A program made the position numbers and the translations under genes. A stretch of DNA of 64,000 bases from a bacterium (GTDB lineage: Bacteria > SAR324 > NAC60-12), in assembly GCA_965233585.1 (NCBI GenBank), contig CBDDTI010000746.1, positions 224,001 to 288,000 on the forward strand. The letters run 5' to 3'. A model generated the notes under the pieces. It worked only from the letters and a program-made list of their open reading frames with translations, was not told the origin of the DNA and made no database searches. Of this stretch, positions 51,708 through 61,521 are shown piece after piece (positions within the stretch are counted from its first letter, which is position 1; every line of letters starts with the position of its first letter).

Positions 51708-52391
51708 ATGGAAACCGCATTACTTTTTGACACACTTAAAACCTCTAAACACTTGCAAGCCGCAGGCTTTGAACAAGAGCAAGCAGAGGCATTGACAGAG
51801 GAATTTAAATTTGTCGTAGAAAGCAACTTTGCCAAACTTTCTACCAAAGACCAAGTCTCTGGTTTAGAGACAAACCTTAATGGGAAAATCTCTAGTTTAG
51901 AGGAAGAACTGGAGCAAAAAGCAACCAAGGAACAAGTAGCTCATTTACAAGAACAGCTGGAGCAAAAGGCAACCAAAGAGCAAGTCTCTGGTTTAGAGAC
52001 AAGCCTTAATGAAAAACTGGAGCAAAAAGCAACCAAAGAGCAAGTAGCTCATTTACAAGAACAGCTGGAGCAAAAAGCAACCAAGGAACAAGTAGCTCAT
52101 TTACAAGAACAGCTGGAGCAAAAAGCAACCAAGGAACAAGTTTCTAATTTAGAGAAAAATCTCAATGAGCAAGTAGCTCATTTACAAGAGCAGCTGGAGC
52201 AAAAAGCAACCAAAGAGCAGGTTTCTAATTTAGAGAAAAATCTCAATGAAAAAATGTCCCACTTAGAGACAAGCGTTGACAGCAAATTTAAATTGTTATC
52301 ATGGATGGTGGGCTTTGGCATTTCTTTAAACCTGATTACGCTTGGAGTCGTGTTAGCCTTTTTGTTTTCTTTTCTTCCTCCTGCCAAATAA
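51708..52391 (+). CDS. DUF1640/CCDC90-like membrane-anchored coiled-coil protein (copy 2)
   Basis: First 51 aa identical to copy 1; six KATK repeats; C-terminal transmembrane helix. Confidence 0.85.
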   Translation: METALLFDTLKTSKHLQAAGFEQEQAEALTEEFKFVVESNFAKLSTKDQVSGLETNLNGKISSLEEELEQKATKEQVAHLQEQLEQKATKEQVSGLETSLNEKLEQKATKEQVAHLQEQLEQKATKEQVAHLQEQLEQKATKEQVSNLEKNLNEQVAHLQEQLEQKATKEQVSNLEKNLNEKMSHLETSVDSKFKLLSWMVGFGISLNLITLGVVLAFLFSFLPPAK

Positions 52392-52515
52392 AACACCCCA
52401 TCTTGAAATGTTTTTTAGAAAAGAAAAACCAATAAACTCCTAGATTGTGGTAGTATCACTTGAATTTGAAACAAATTAGAAGAACTTCTACTGGCGTAGA
52501 TAAAGGGGGAGGGTT

Positions 52516-53661
52516 ATGTCAAACATAGGTGTATTAAATCAAGCGGATATTGGAGAGCAAAGGGTGGCATTAGTGCCTGCCAATGTTGTCAAGTTAGTTC
52601 AACGAGGTTTGCAAGTGTCTATTGCATCGGGTGCTGGGGTTGCTTCTGGTTATACTGATGTCGCTTATCAAGAATCTGGGGCTATGGTTATTGCTGATAA
52701 TAAAGCAGTGATGGCTGCGTCTGATGTGATTTTATTGGTCAATGCAAAATCTGATGTCCTTGAAACGTTGAAAAACCAAGTCAAGGATAAGATCATTATT
52801 GGCATGATGGACCCGCTAATGAATGTTGAGTATTTTACCTCTTTAACAGACAGCGGACTGACAACTTTAGCTTTGGAGTTGATCCCACGTATCACTCGTG
52901 CTCAAAGTATGGATGTTCTGTCTTCTATGGCAACGATTGCTGGCAACCAAGCAGTGCTGATTGGGGCATTGGAATCGCCCAAACTCTTTCCTTTGATGAT
53001 GACGGCTGCTGGTACTGTCAAACCTAGTCGTGTGTTTGTCATGGGTGCTGGTGTTGCGGGTTTGCAGGCATGTGCAACAGCCAAACGTTTGGGGGCTGTG
53101 GTGGAGGCTTATGACATTCGTCCGGCAGCTCGTGAGCAAATTTTATCGGTAGGGGCAACGCCAGTTGATTTGAATATTGAAACGGAAGACACTGAAACCA
53201 GCGGAGGCTACGCAAAGGAGCAATCTGCTGATTTTATTGCAAGACAACAAACGGCAATGGCAGCTGTTTTAGCCGAGCAAGATGTGGTGATAACTACTGC
53301 AGCAATTCCGGGTAAAAAAGCACCTATATTGATTACCGAAGAGATGGTCAAACAAATGCAGGCAGGATCAGTGATTGTGGATTTGGCTGCCGAAACTGGT
53401 GGAAATTGTGAATTGACCGAAGCAGGTCAAACGATTGAAAGGTATGGTGTAACCATTGTCGGTTCAGTTGATTTGCCTGCAAAGGCAGCTTATCATGCCA
53501 GCCAGATGTACGGGACTAATTTGCAGAATTTGTTGTCTTTGATGGTAGATGAAAATGGTCACTTGCAACTGGATATGAGCGATGAAGTCATCAAGGATAT
53601 TGTGCTAACTGAACAAGGGCAGTTAGTGAATGAACGTCTCAAAGGCTTACTTGCCACTTAG
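52516..53661 (+). CDS. pntA: NAD(P) transhydrogenase subunit alpha, part 1
   Basis: EQRVAL, PRITRAQSMDVLSS, GAGVAG, GGYAK. Confidence 0.95.
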   Translation: MSNIGVLNQADIGEQRVALVPANVVKLVQRGLQVSIASGAGVASGYTDVAYQESGAMVIADNKAVMAASDVILLVNAKSDVLETLKNQVKDKIIIGMMDPLMNVEYFTSLTDSGLTTLALELIPRITRAQSMDVLSSMATIAGNQAVLIGALESPKLFPLMMTAAGTVKPSRVFVMGAGVAGLQACATAKRLGAVVEAYDIRPAAREQILSVGATPVDLNIETEDTETSGGYAKEQSADFIARQQTAMAAVLAEQDVVITTAAIPGKKAPILITEEMVKQMQAGSVIVDLAAETGGNCELTEAGQTIERYGVTIVGSVDLPAKAAYHASQMYGTNLQNLLSLMVDENGHLQLDMSDEVIKDIVLTEQGQLVNERLKGLLAT

Positions 53662-53686
53662 CTATTTGTTTATAAGGAAACATACT

Positions 53687-53974
53687 ATGGAATTACTGTT
53701 ATTAATCACGCTTTTTGTCGTGGCAATCTTTTTAGGTATTGAACTCATTACTAAAGTACCCCCTACTTTGCATACACCTTTGATGTCTGGCTCTAATGCT
53801 ATCTCTGGAATCTCATTGGTTGGGGCGTTAATCGCCGCTGGTTCTGAACACTCTAATCAGTATGCTGAATTGGTGAACATCTTGGGTTTTGTGGCGGTGA
53901 CATTGGCAACTATCAATGTCATAGGTGGCTATTTAGTGACAAACCGAATGCTGGCAATGTTTAAGAGGAAGTAA
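53687..53974 (+). CDS. NAD(P) transhydrogenase subunit alpha, part 2
   Basis: KVPPTLHTPLMSGSNAISG; SD AAGGA before the ATG at 53687. Confidence 0.95.
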   Translation: MELLLLITLFVVAIFLGIELITKVPPTLHTPLMSGSNAISGISLVGALIAAGSEHSNQYAELVNILGFVAVTLATINVIGGYLVTNRMLAMFKRK

Positions 53975-53977
53975 GTC

Positions 53978-55369
53978 ATGTTGAGTGATGAAATCGTTTA
54001 CATTGCTTATCTGGTTTCTGCCAGCTTGTTTATTTTGGGTCTTAAAGGTTTGACTAAGCCCCGTACTGCCGTACGTGGCAATCAATTATCTGCTTTGGGT
54101 ATGCTGATGGCAGTTGTCATGACCTTACTGAATAAGCAGATTGTTGACTATCAATGGATTGCGGCAGGTGTTGTAGTAGGTGGTGCGATTGGCAGTGTGA
54201 TGGCGTTAAAAATCAAGGTCACTGCCATGCCTCAGATGGTCGCTTTGCTGAATGGTTTTGGTGGAGGTGCTTCGTTGTTTATCGCTCTTGCTAGTTACCT
54301 TGGCGGGCTGGAAGATACTGATGCCTTAACCCTAGTGGCTTTGGTTTCTATCTGTGCCACTGTGGTCATTGGTGCGGTCACTTTATCAGGGTCTTTCGTA
54401 GCATTTGCCAAACTACAAGATCTGATTTCTGGACGCCCTATTCGTGTGCCGGGCAATACATTCCTTAATATTTTGCTACTGACTGCGATTGTGGTGTTAT
54501 CGGTGATGGTGGTGCAGAATCCTGAAAACCTCCAAATACAAATCGCATTGGTGATAGCGTCTCTGGCACTGGGAGTGTTTTTAGTCACCCCCATTGGAGG
54601 TGCTGATATGCCAGTAGTGATTTCTTTGCTCAATTCGTATTCAGGGATTGCTGCTGCGACTACGGGTTTTATCACAGGTAACACGGTGTTGATTATTGCC
54701 GGTTCTTTGGTGGGTGCATCAGGCATTATTTTGACTAACATCATGTGTAAGTCAATGAATAGAAGCCTGTTTAATGTGCTGTTTGGCGTGATGGCAAAAG
54801 TGGCTGAAAAGGTTGACCAAGATGAAGTATATGCTGGCAAAATCAAAACGTCCTCACCTGAAGAAGTTGCGATGATTTTGGAAACAGCTCGCAAAGTCAT
54901 TATTGTTCCAGGTTATGGCTTGGCACAAGCCCAAGCACAGCATGCAGTGCGTGATATGGCAAACACATTGATTGACAGAGGTTGTGAGGTGATCTACGGA
55001 ATCCATCCAGTCGCTGGCAGAATGCCCGGTCATATGAACGTCCTGCTAGCAGAGGCAGAAGTCCCCTATGACCAGTTACAAGAGATGGAATTAGTCAATC
55101 CACAATTTGAAGAAACCGATGTTGCTATCGTGATTGGTGCTAACGATGTAACTAACCCGATGGCAAGAGAAGACAAAGGTAGTCCCATTTACGGCATGCC
55201 CATTTTGAATGTGGATAAAAGCAAAACAGTCGTTGTAGTGAAACGTTCCTTGAGTCCGGGTTTTGCGGGTCTGCCTAATCCGTTGTTTGCCAAAGACAAT
55301 ACTCTGATGCTCTTTGGTGACGGCAAACAAGCCATTGTAGAATTGAACAAAAGCCTTGCAGAAGATTAA
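53978..55369 (+). CDS. pntB: NAD(P) transhydrogenase subunit beta
   Basis: IGGADMPVV, HPVAGRMPGHMNV, GANDVTNP. Confidence 0.97.
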   Translation: MLSDEIVYIAYLVSASLFILGLKGLTKPRTAVRGNQLSALGMLMAVVMTLLNKQIVDYQWIAAGVVVGGAIGSVMALKIKVTAMPQMVALLNGFGGGASLFIALASYLGGLEDTDALTLVALVSICATVVIGAVTLSGSFVAFAKLQDLISGRPIRVPGNTFLNILLLTAIVVLSVMVVQNPENLQIQIALVIASLALGVFLVTPIGGADMPVVISLLNSYSGIAAATTGFITGNTVLIIAGSLVGASGIILTNIMCKSMNRSLFNVLFGVMAKVAEKVDQDEVYAGKIKTSSPEEVAMILETARKVIIVPGYGLAQAQAQHAVRDMANTLIDRGCEVIYGIHPVAGRMPGHMNVLLAEAEVPYDQLQEMELVNPQFEETDVAIVIGANDVTNPMAREDKGSPIYGMPILNVDKSKTVVVVKRSLSPGFAGLPNPLFAKDNTLMLFGDGKQAIVELNKSLAED

Positions 55370-55429
55370 CTTAGGCTTTGCATCTAAAGGGTTCAATCAA
55401 TCAAAGAAGTTGTCTTTTTAAAGACACCC

Positions 55430-56281
55430 TTAACCAGCATTTAAGATGTTGGCATGGTAGCTAATATGTTCCCCGATAAAACTGGCAACAAAAAAATAAC
55501 TGTGGTCGTAGCCTGCATGCCTTCTCAAAGTGATTGGGTAAGAGGCATCATCACAGGCTTTTTGCAACAAATCAGGTTTGAGTTGCTCATGCAAAAAGTT
55601 ATCAGCCTCTCCTTGATCCACCAAAATAGGCAGGTGTTCGGTGGCTTGTTTGATCAATTCACAACTGTCGTATAATTGCCAATCTTGACGATCATTGCCC
55701 AAGTAAAGCCTAAGGGCTTTCTCACCCCATGCACAGTTTAAGGGCGAGCATATTGGAGCAAAAGCAGAAACACTGCGATATTGGTGCGGGTTTCTTAAGG
55801 CAATGGTCAAAGCCCCATGCCCCCCCATAGAATGCCCAGAAATAGAACAGGTGGAGGCATCAATGAGTGGTAGTTGTTCAGCAATGATTGCTGGTAGTTC
55901 CTTCACAATATAATCATACATTTGGTAGTGCTGTCGCCAAGGGTCTTGGGTTGCATTGACATAAAAGCCTGCCCCCAAGCCAAAATCCCATGCTTGGTTT
56001 TCATCATCAGGCACGCCTTCTCCTCTTGGGCTGGTGTCTGCTGCTACCAATGCAACACCATACTCAGCTGCATAACGTTGCGCCCCAGCTTTCTGTACAA
56101 AGTTTTCATCATTACAAGTAAGTCCAGACAACCAATAAATGACTGGTACCTTTGCAGTGGTTACTTGTGGTGGTAGATACACAGAAAAGTTCATCGCACA
56201 ATTTAGGCAGTCGGAGTGGTGTTGGAAACGTAATTGCTGACCACCAAAGCAATGACTCGTAGAAATTTGTTTACACGACAT
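55430..56281 (-). CDS. fghA: S-formylglutathione hydrolase
   Basis: WLSGLTC, GAGFY, GHSMGG, GYDHSYFF. Confidence 0.95.
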   Translation of the reverse strand: MSCKQISTSHCFGGQQLRFQHHSDCLNCAMNFSVYLPPQVTTAKVPVIYWLSGLTCNDENFVQKAGAQRYAAEYGVALVAADTSPRGEGVPDDENQAWDFGLGAGFYVNATQDPWRQHYQMYDYIVKELPAIIAEQLPLIDASTCSISGHSMGGHGALTIALRNPHQYRSVSAFAPICSPLNCAWGEKALRLYLGNDRQDWQLYDSCELIKQATEHLPILVDQGEADNFLHEQLKPDLLQKACDDASYPITLRRHAGYDHSYFFVASFIGEHISYHANILNAG

Positions 56282-56290
56282 AATCCGTCC

Positions 56291-57397
56291 TCAATATAGC
56301 ACCACAGAGCGAATACTCTTGCCTGCGTGCATTAAATCAAAAGCTTTGTTGATGTCTTCCAGTGGCATGGTATGAGTGATTAAATCATCTATGTTGATTT
56401 TATTGTCCATATACCAGTCAACAATTTTAGGTACATCTGTACGCCCCCTTGCACCGCCAAAGGCAGTGCCTTTCCAAGAACGTCCCGTCACTAACTGGAA
56501 GGGACGGGTGGCAATTTCCTGACCAGCACCCGCTACGCCAATGATGTAAGACTCACCCCAACCTTTGTGACAACACTCCAACGCCTGCCTCATGGTGTTC
56601 ACATTGCCAATACACTCAAAGCTATAATCTGCACCCCCATCGGTGAGTTGAATCACTGCGTCTACTGTGTTTTCTACTTGTTTAGGGTTAATGAAATCGG
56701 TCATGCCAAACTGTTTAGCTAAAGGGACTTTGTCTTCATTTAGGTCAATACCAACGATTTTGTTGGCGCCTGCAAGCTTTGCTCCTTGCACCACATTCAG
56801 ACCAATCCCACCCAAACCAAAGACTACCACGTTGGCACCCGGCTCCACTTTGGCTTCAAACACGACTGCCCCGACCCCCGTGGTCACTCCGCAACCGATG
56901 TAACAGGCTTTGTCAAAGGGGGCATCTTGCCGAATCTTTGCCACTGATATTTCAGGTAAGACTGTATGATTGGCAAAAGTTGAGCAACCCATGTAGTGCA
57001 TGATGGGTTTGCCATCAAGGCTAAAACGGCTGGTGCCATCAGGCATCACGCCAGCACCTTGAGTGGCACGCACTGCTTGACATAAATTAGTTTTAGGGTG
57101 CAAACAAAAATCGCAGTTGCGACATTCAGCAGTGTATAAAGGAATGACATGGTCACCGGGTTTGACGGAGCTAACACCAGCTCCAACTTCTTGAACAATA
57201 CCAGCGCCCTCATGCCCAAGTATGGCAGGAAAAACGCCTTCAGGGTCATCACCTGACAGAGTAAACGCATCAGTGTGACAGACACCAGTGGCTTTAATTT
57301 CTACTAGCACTTCGCCAGCTTGGGGTGCTTGTAAATCAACTTCCGCAATTTCAAGTGCAGTACCTGCCTTAAATGCGATTGCTGCCCGTGTTTTCAT
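56291..57397 (-). CDS. frmA: S-(hydroxymethyl)glutathione dehydrogenase / class III alcohol dehydrogenase
   Basis: [29 protein letters not shown]. Confidence 0.96.
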   Translation of the reverse strand: MKTRAAIAFKAGTALEIAEVDLQAPQAGEVLVEIKATGVCHTDAFTLSGDDPEGVFPAILGHEGAGIVQEVGAGVSSVKPGDHVIPLYTAECRNCDFCLHPKTNLCQAVRATQGAGVMPDGTSRFSLDGKPIMHYMGCSTFANHTVLPEISVAKIRQDAPFDKACYIGCGVTTGVGAVVFEAKVEPGANVVVFGLGGIGLNVVQGAKLAGANKIVGIDLNEDKVPLAKQFGMTDFINPKQVENTVDAVIQLTDGGADYSFECIGNVNTMRQALECCHKGWGESYIIGVAGAGQEIATRPFQLVTGRSWKGTAFGGARGRTDVPKIVDWYMDNKINIDDLITHTMPLEDINKAFDLMHAGKSIRSVVLY

Positions 57398-57460
57398 TGT
57401 TTAATTTCTTAGTGTGAGTGAAGAGTTAATAAGCGACAAGTATAAAAAAACATAGTAAAT

Positions 57461-57497
57461 GATTCAATCATTATCATTGATGGATAACGATTGAATC
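57461..57497. terminator. Hairpin between the ureohydrolase gene and frmA
   Basis: GATTCAATCATTATC-N7-GATAACGATTGAATC with flanking T/A tracts. Confidence 0.5.
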
Positions 57498-57536
57498 TCT
57501 TTTTTCTGGATTTGCTGTCACGCACCATAGCAAATC

Positions 57537-58490
57537 TTATCGGTTGTGCAAAATGCGTCCGATGAAGTTCATAAGAAGCTGTGCCGCTAGAATAGATGTG
57601 GTGCCTGTCAGGTCATAATCAGGAGCGACTTCCACAAGATCTAATCCAATGACCGTTCCCTGCTTCGTCAAACCGTCCAATAATTCCAAAATTTCGTAAT
57701 ACTGGAATCCCCCGTGACTGGGTGTGCCTGTACCTGGGGCAATAGACGGATCAAAACCATCTATGTCAATAGTGACATAATAACGTTCATTTTTCGGAAT
57801 GCGATTGAGCAGTCCATCAATCCCCATCGCTCGCACTTGCCGAACAGATTGAATGTCGGAACCCATTTTGCGTGCTTCGTCATACCCATCTTTAGCTGTG
57901 GAGGACACATTGCGGATACCGATTTGTGTCAAGCCCTTGACATAGGATTTTTCAGCCGCCCTCCGCATCGGGTTGCCATGTCCACACCTCACTCCGTGAC
58001 GTTCATCTACAAAATCCAAGTGAGCATCTATTTGTACCAGGTGGAAGGGGTCATGGTCGCTAAATGCGTTAATGCAAGGAATGTTCACAGAATGATCGCC
58101 CCCCATGACCACAGGTAACGCACCTGCTTTCAAAATTTTGCGTACTCCGTACTCAATGTTGGCATGGCTTTTGTCTGTATCCGTATGAACAATATCTGCA
58201 TCACCAATGTCAATAATTTTGACTTTGCTTGGGTCTAGGTATGTAATGTCATCTTCAGGGTCGTATGCCCCTGCGTGTCCAAAAGAAAACAATGTGGACG
58301 CTTCACGAATGCTGCGGGGTCCCATTCTAGCCCCCGAACGCCACTGACATCCAAAGTCAAAAGGCGCTCCCAATACCGCCACATCTGCATCAATGTTGTC
58401 CCAATCCTCAATATAGGGATATTTTCCAAAGGTGCATATCCCCACAAAGGGCAGATTTAATCGTCCGCTTTCGTATCCATGTTTTGCCAT
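57537..58490 (-). CDS. Agmatinase-like ureohydrolase
   Basis: GGDHS, DAHLD, GHGNP, DIDGFDP..APGTGTP; substrate not determinable. Confidence 0.9.
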   Translation of the reverse strand: MAKHGYESGRLNLPFVGICTFGKYPYIEDWDNIDADVAVLGAPFDFGCQWRSGARMGPRSIREASTLFSFGHAGAYDPEDDITYLDPSKVKIIDIGDADIVHTDTDKSHANIEYGVRKILKAGALPVVMGGDHSVNIPCINAFSDHDPFHLVQIDAHLDFVDERHGVRCGHGNPMRRAAEKSYVKGLTQIGIRNVSSTAKDGYDEARKMGSDIQSVRQVRAMGIDGLLNRIPKNERYYVTIDIDGFDPSIAPGTGTPSHGGFQYYEILELLDGLTKQGTVIGLDLVEVAPDYDLTGTTSILAAQLLMNFIGRILHNR

Positions 58491-58505
58491 TTTTAAAAGT
58501 CTCCT

Positions 58506-58553
58506 TTATGTAAGTAGGTTTAACCGTCCGTTTTCGTATCCATGTCTGACCAT
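58506..58553 (-). other. 15-codon mini-ORF paralogous to the ureohydrolase N-terminus
   Basis: MVRHGYENGRLNLLT* with its own AAGGAG, versus MAKHGYESGRLNLPF. Confidence 0.75.
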
Positions 58554-58564
58554 GCTGATTCTCC

Positions 58565-59482
58565 TTATTTATATGTCACCTTGACTGCTTCTTCATATTG
58601 AGGCATCTTAACGACACGGGGTGAATATGCTCCATCATCGCTCATTTGTTTGACATGTCTGGCAATTTGCTCCATGGGAGCAAACCACACGTCCCCTCTG
58701 GAAAGCAGGCTTTCAATAAATTTTGCAACAACTTCCCACCGCGACAACCTACCAGTCACAAAGGGGTGGATCACTGGCACCCACAATCCATTGTGGCGAT
58801 AAGCAGCTTCAAATTCTTCTACAAAAATCTGCCAACCATTTTTTGGAGAACGGATAGGCATCATGTAATCCAAATCCATGGATTGTACATACTGGGGCCA
58901 ATCGTCAAGACCCCAATGCGAAGGTATTTCTACCAAAGACCCAGTTTTAGATTGAATAATGTAGGGGACGTCGTCGCCCATGAGGGAGGCATCGTACTCA
59001 AAACCCCGCTCTGCTAATAAGTCAGCAGTGTGATTGGAAAAATTATACAATGGAGCCCTGTATCCCCGCGGGGCGACTCCGCTCATTTTTTCAATCACCT
59101 TGAGTGATTTGTCTATCCAGCCTGCTTGTTCTTCCTGCGATGGCCCCACTGGATTTTCGTGTAAATACCCATGTTGTCCAATTTCGTGTCCGCCTTTTAA
59201 TATTTGTTCTACGGCTCGGGGATACTGTTCCATGCACCATGCGGGAATAAAAAAGGTCTGCTGAATGCCCAGCCGCTTATAAGTTTCTAAAATTCTTGGA
59301 ATGGCAACATGTGGTCCGTATTGCAACATGGAAATTGCCGATGTACGTTTGTATCCGTCTTTGGGGTGATCTACATGGATAAGGCTGTCTGAATCCATGT
59401 CAAAAGTAAGACAACATGCCACCTTTGCCCCATTAGGCCAAGGGACAGGATTTGCGATCATTTTTTGATTTTCAATGGACAT
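58565..59482 (-). CDS. CE4 polysaccharide deacetylase-fold hydrolase (PuuE/PgdA-like)
   Basis: WPNGA, TFDMD, TFFIP, HEIGQHGYLHE, GYRAP, YDASLM. Confidence 0.85.
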   Translation of the reverse strand: MSIENQKMIANPVPWPNGAKVACCLTFDMDSDSLIHVDHPKDGYKRTSAISMLQYGPHVAIPRILETYKRLGIQQTFFIPAWCMEQYPRAVEQILKGGHEIGQHGYLHENPVGPSQEEQAGWIDKSLKVIEKMSGVAPRGYRAPLYNFSNHTADLLAERGFEYDASLMGDDVPYIIQSKTGSLVEIPSHWGLDDWPQYVQSMDLDYMMPIRSPKNGWQIFVEEFEAAYRHNGLWVPVIHPFVTGRLSRWEVVAKFIESLLSRGDVWFAPMEQIARHVKQMSDDGAYSPRVVKMPQYEEAVKVTYK

Positions 59483-60424
59483 TTATTTTCCTCCTCTTCT
59501 GTATTTAATACCGATGGCTTTCGGTGGTTGGATACGTTTTGCCAAAAATATTAACGCTAGCAACGATGCCAAATAGGGCAGCATGGAAAAGATTTGATAA
59601 GGCACCTCTGGACTGTTAAATTGCAGTCGTAATTGCAATGCGTCCATCGCTCCAAACAACAATGCTGCCAATACTGCACGGGCAGGATTCCACCCCCCCA
59701 AGATTAAAGCTGCTAGTGCGATAAACCCCTTACCTGCGCTCATGTGTTCAGTGAATACAAAGACTTGGCTTAGTACTAGATAGCAACCACCCAGTCCAGC
59801 CATAGCACAGCTGGTCAAAGTAGCACAGACCCTCACCTTAGTGACATTGATGCCCGCACTGTCTGCAGCAACGGGATAATCACCGATTGCCCGCAAACTC
59901 AAGCCCCATGGCGTTTTATAAAACACCCACCAAGTGAACGGAATCACCGCATACATTCCATAGGTAATAGCATCTTGTTTAAACAACAATTCGCCGATAA
60001 TGGGAATACTAGACAACAGGGGAATCGCAACGGGATAAAATCCGGGTAACGTAGACGTTGCATCTGCCCCCAAGATTAAACGTGCCAAGTAAGAGGTTAA
60101 GCCCAGCATCAAAATATTGATGGCGATACCTGCCACAAGCTGATTAATAGCAAGTCCAACAGCCAACCCTGCCAGCACTACCCCCACCATCATGGCAACT
60201 GTAACCCCAAGTATTAACCCAAAAACTGGCGATGCTGTGACGTATGTGCCAACCGCAGCCCCAAACGCACCGCCTAAAATACAGCCTTCTAGGGAGATAT
60301 TAAACACGCCCGATTTTTCAGCAATAATCCCCCCAACCGAAGCAAAGATAAGCGGAATAGATAGTCGTAAGCTGGTGTTCAAGAACTCTAGCAACGCCTG
60401 TTGTTCAAATAAAAAATCAAACAT
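59483..60424 (-). CDS. Nucleoside/purine-type ABC permease
   Basis: EKSGVFNISLEG, GKGFIALAA, LPYL. Confidence 0.9.
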   Translation of the reverse strand: MFDFLFEQQALLEFLNTSLRLSIPLIFASVGGIIAEKSGVFNISLEGCILGGAFGAAVGTYVTASPVFGLILGVTVAMMVGVVLAGLAVGLAINQLVAGIAINILMLGLTSYLARLILGADATSTLPGFYPVAIPLLSSIPIIGELLFKQDAITYGMYAVIPFTWWVFYKTPWGLSLRAIGDYPVAADSAGINVTKVRVCATLTSCAMAGLGGCYLVLSQVFVFTEHMSAGKGFIALAALILGGWNPARAVLAALLFGAMDALQLRLQFNSPEVPYQIFSMLPYLASLLALIFLAKRIQPPKAIGIKYRRGGK

Positions 60425-61521
60425 TATTCTTTCCCTGCCACTTTGAAAGTATCACCTACTTCGTTGTCTAATATCTTTCGTCGGGATATGATTCTACTCC
60501 ATTTTTCTGCGTTAAATTTAAATCCGTAACTAGCCGCTACAAGGATAATGACAATGCCCTGTATAGCCTCTATGACTGTCGCTTCAATCCCTAGCGAACG
60601 TTGCATCGTCAATGCTCCTGCTTTTAATCCAGATAAGAAGAATGAAGAGATAGGGGCAATAATTGGGTTAATAGTTGCCATAAATGCGGCAACAATACCG
60701 TCAAATCCATACCCTGCAGAAAACAGATGATACAGGCGATACTTTAGACCCAAGACTTCAAAAGTTCCTGCAAGACCTCCAATAGCACCAGCAACAAACA
60801 TAGTTATCACTATACGGTATTTGACATTGATCCCTGCATATTTTGCGGCTTCAGCATTTTTCCCTATGGTCTCTAATGAAAACCCAAGTGTCGTGTATCT
60901 CAGTATGACAAACATGACAACAGCTAGTATGACCCCCACCAACACGCCAATATGCACATCAGTCATGGGCAGCAAAATAGGCATCAACAATTCTTGTTTG
61001 ATTTCTTCAGTATATGGGTAGGGTGCGCCTTCTTGCATCATGGGTCCACTTGTGACGTAGCTGACCAAATTAATCGCGATAAAGTTCATAAGAATCGTCA
61101 CGATGACCTCGTTAATGCCGTAGTATGCTTTTAGATGTCCCGGTATGAGTCCCCATATACCTCCACCAATGGCGCCAGCCCCAACAGCGATAGACATGTG
61201 TAAAAAAATCGGCATATCTGGCAACAACAACGCAGCCATGGCAGAAAACAATCCCCCCATGTAGATTTGTCCCTCAGCACCGATGTTTAACAGCCCTAAT
61301 CTGAGAGGCAATATCACTGCTAAGCTTGCCAGCAAGATAGGTGATGTTTTGACTAAGGTTTCCGATAATCCCCAGTAATCAAAGAACGCCCCTTTAAACA
61401 ATTCATAGTATGCATGAATAGGGTTTGCTCCACCAATGACGATTAAAATAGACCCCAAAAGTAATGCCAGTATCAATGCCCACAATGGCAACATGACGTA
61501 GAAAAACCTAATCGCTTTCAT
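60424..61521 (-). CDS. Nucleoside/purine-type ABC permease
   Basis: NIGAEGQ, NEVIVTILMN, GYGFDGI. Confidence 0.9.
   Translation of the reverse strand: MKAIRFFYVMLPLWALILALLLGSILIVIGGANPIHAYYELFKGAFFDYWGLSETLVKTSPILLASLAVILPLRLGLLNIGAEGQIYMGGLFSAMAALLLPDMPIFLHMSIAVGAGAIGGGIWGLIPGHLKAYYGINEVIVTILMNFIAINLVSYVTSGPMMQEGAPYPYTEEIKQELLMPILLPMTDVHIGVLVGVILAVVMFVILRYTTLGFSLETIGKNAEAAKYAGINVKYRIVITMFVAGAIGGLAGTFEVLGLKYRLYHLFSAGYGFDGIVAAFMATINPIIAPISSFFLSGLKAGALTMQRSLGIEATVIEAIQGIVIILVAASYGFKFNAEKWSRIISRRKILDNEVGDTFKVAGKE

Larger units (their letters stand above)
51529..52393. repeat. 44-bp inverted repeat pair bracketing the DUF1640-like gene copy 2
   Basis: 51529-51572 is the reverse complement of 52350-52393 (43/44 identical). 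Confidence 0.9.

Noticed and set aside
53630..53974. Split pntA as a pseudogene
   Set aside because: The alpha1/alpha2/beta three-gene layout is a known natural arrangement, and alpha2 has its own SD.
57458..57480. Fur box
   Set aside because: Only a partial match, better explained as one arm of the hairpin. No convincing Fur box was found upstream of the iron operons either.
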